Source: a virus
Reading direction: 5' to 3' (one strand)
Length of the DNA stretch: 6,185 bases
IMG/VR virus record: IMGVR_UViG_3300045988_003412
Span: 1 to 6,185 of that record
Shown here piece by piece: positions 4,838 through 6,185 of the stretch (the stretch's first letter is position 1; each line of letters starts with the position of its first letter). Both the position numbers and the translations under genes were made by a program. The notes beneath the pieces were generated by a model, which was not told the DNA's origin, made no database searches, and saw only the letters and a program-made list of their open reading frames with translations.

Positions 4838-5277
4838 TGAGCAGAAACGTCAGGGGCGGACGCAGGAGCGGGCTCTGACTTTTGCTCTGCCAACATTGAC
4901 TGTGCATATTTAGTAAGTTCAGACTTTTCACTAGCTAATTGTTGGAGAACAGCCTGACGCTCTGACATAGTCTGACAATGACGGGAAATAACACATCCAA
5001 ATCGCTCCTCATCGGTCATATCATCCATAGCAGTAGATTGAGTGGGATGCATCTGGGCAAGGATATTCTGCACATTCATATCACCAAGTAAACGACGATA
5101 TTTTTCTTGATTTAGAAGAATCTGCGTCATATCAACTTGAATCAAATCACCTTCAGGAGACTCGTCATACATAACTGTATCATATACAGATTGTTGGTAA
5201 CAGGGGTGTTCTTCAATCAATTCCGGAACAACCTCGTTTTTAATATAATCGGGATTTTTATAAGCAAAATTTCTCAT
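4834..5277 (-). CDS. Putative internal scaffolding protein (VP3-like), ~147 aa, acidic
   Basis: The track ORF 4834-5289 begins at a TTG directly abutting the VP1 stop. The first ATG is at 5277-5275 (verified 'cat'), giving MRNFAYKNPDY.... The protein is rich in D/E/Q with a Pro/Ala-rich tail. Its size, acidity and position between VP1 and VP2 fit a microvirus scaffold. The functional call rests on context only, not on a recognised motif. Confidence 0.6.
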   Translation of the reverse strand: MRNFAYKNPDYIKNEVVPELIEEHPCYQQSVYDTVMYDESPEGDLIQVDMTQILLNQEKYRRLLGDMNVQNILAQMHPTQSTAMDDMTDEERFGCVISRHCQTMSERQAVLQQLASEKSELTKYAQSMLAEQKSEPAPASAPDVSAQ

Positions 5278-5289
5278 AACGACACACAA

Positions 5290-6185
5290 TTAATAGGGTA
5301 AACCATTTCTATCCAAATTCTGCACAGCATATACTTGGAAATTAACATTACACAACAACTGGTCAAAGGCAACAGAGCAATTCGAAGCACCAACTTGAGG
5401 AACAAAAATAGAATTCAATTGCTGAGGACGAACCTTCATAGACTGATAAGACCAAGCACCGGAAGAAGTCAACACCTGCCAGCCATCAAGAGGAGCAACC
5501 CAAGACTGATAAGCAGCACCAGCACGAAAACCAGCGTGGACGGTATCAATATTAGATTTCCACTGCCAATACCGAAGATTATAACCAAGAGAACCGGAAA
5601 CATTTCGTCCAGGGTTATTCTGAAGGTTCAAAGCAGGAACAGCCTGCATACCAAGCTGGTCAAATGCAGGTTGCGGAAAATCAGAGATAGCAGTCACAGT
5701 CAATTGAGGATTTTGACCAGTCAAATTCCAATCTAACATAGGTACGGCATGATATACACACATGATTACCTGATGCTCAGCGCCACAATCATAAGTAATA
5801 GTATGTCCTGAATTACTAGATATGCCTTTGCCGGCAATAGAAGCCTGAGAAGAGTCAGTATCAAGATTAGTATTAACTACTTCATTAATATTAATGACAC
5901 TAGACCAACCTCCAATATAGTGACAATGATTGCCCATATATTCAGGGGCTTTAATACCAAATTGGGCGGCCATCTGGTCCGAATAGTCCTTACTAGAGAA
6001 TTGTACTACTTCTTTCCAGCGCTGGAGGTATTCTGTGGCACGAATTGAAAGAGCGGAAAGGTCAGTATTGACACGAAGCAATCTATCAGAAGTAGTAGAG
6101 TTGGTTGAAGTTGTTTGAACAGTATTACCGCCAGCAGGATTACGAACAGATGAATTACTAATACCATCAGTAGCACGAGCAAGAA
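5290..6185 (-). CDS. VP1: Major capsid protein VP1, C-terminal part (unique sequence 5290-6130; 6131-6185 duplicates 1-55)
   Basis: The track ORF 5290-6081 starts at a TTG only because of the ORF-calling rule. I translated 6082-6185 in the same frame and found it open (…RATDGISNSSVRNPAGGNTVQTTSTNSTTSDR/LLRVNTDLSAL…). It joins in phase to 902-1. Joined length is 902 + 841 = 1743 nt, giving 580 aa plus TAA (5292-5290). It contains SIRATEYLQRWKEVVQFSSKDYSDQMAAQFGIK and MCVYHAVPMLDW, typical C-terminal VP1 blocks. Confidence 0.93.
   Translation of the reverse strand, partial: LARATDGISNSSVRNPAGGNTVQTTSTNSTTSDRLLRVNTDLSALSIRATEYLQRWKEVVQFSSKDYSDQMAAQFGIKAPEYMGNHCHYIGGWSSVININEVVNTNLDTDSSQASIAGKGISSNSGHTITYDCGAEHQVIMCVYHAVPMLDWNLTGQNPQLTVTAISDFPQPAFDQLGMQAVPALNLQNNPGRNVSGSLGYNLRYWQWKSNIDTVHAGFRAGAAYQSWVAPLDGWQVLTSSGAWSYQSMKVRPQQLNSIFVPQVGASNCSVAFDQLLCNVNFQVYAVQNLDRNGLPY
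6131..6185. repeat. Terminal direct repeat, copy 2 (identical to 1..55)
   Basis: Exact 55/55 identity with the window start; see copy 1. Confidence 0.97.

Noticed and set aside
5335-5736. 133-aa basic ORF on the plus strand
   Set aside because: It is antisense to the well-supported VP1 C-terminal region, and all confident genes are co-directional. Its Arg/Ser/Leu/Ile-rich composition is typical of antisense read-through. The same reasoning applies to the plus-strand ORFs at 1032-1223, 2223-2468, 2526-2723, 3104-3298 and 4052-4258.
1-6185. Search for CRISPR arrays, IS or transposon ends, integrase, toxin-antitoxin or defence genes
   Set aside because: There are no spaced direct repeats, no terminal inverted repeats, and no ORF with recombinase or nuclease motifs other than the HUH Rep. 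The genome is fully accounted for by the microvirus genes plus the lysis-like module and the spacer.

Overview
The window is one complete, circularly permuted ssDNA phage genome of the family Microviridae. The unit length is 6,130 nt, and bases 1-55 recur exactly at 6131-6185, the overlap expected when a circle is assembled as a linear contig. Every credible gene is on the minus strand, so the window is the reverse complement of the coding (virion-sense) strand. Gene order along the coding strand, by descending coordinate, is: AT-rich promoter-like region (~3366-3396), 64-aa acidic ORF (3316-3122), 27-aa membrane peptide (3132-3049), 102-aa M15-type zinc peptidase (3052-2744), 606-aa HUH replication initiator VP4 (2741-921), 580-aa major capsid protein VP1 (902-1, continuing at 6130-5290 across the window boundary), ~147-aa acidic scaffold-like protein (5277-4834), 373-aa VP2 pilot/minor capsid protein (4837-3716), then a 339-nt non-coding spacer (3715-3377). 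Packing is very tight, with two ATGA start/stop overlaps and 2-nt, 12-nt and 18-nt gaps. The single large spacer is compositionally foreign (GC-rich in an AT-rich genome) and dense with stem-loops. From memory, the VP1 N-terminal pattern and the long Rep resemble Alpavirinae-type microviruses of Bacteroidales, but I cannot run a search to confirm the subfamily. The points most worth follow-up are (1) a membrane-peptide plus M15 peptidase module that looks like a miniature holin/endolysin-style lysis cassette, which is not the classical microvirus lysis strategy, and (2) the GC-rich hairpin cluster, including two stems capped by the same GGAAC apex. No tRNA, rRNA, CRISPR array, transposase or integrase is visible.
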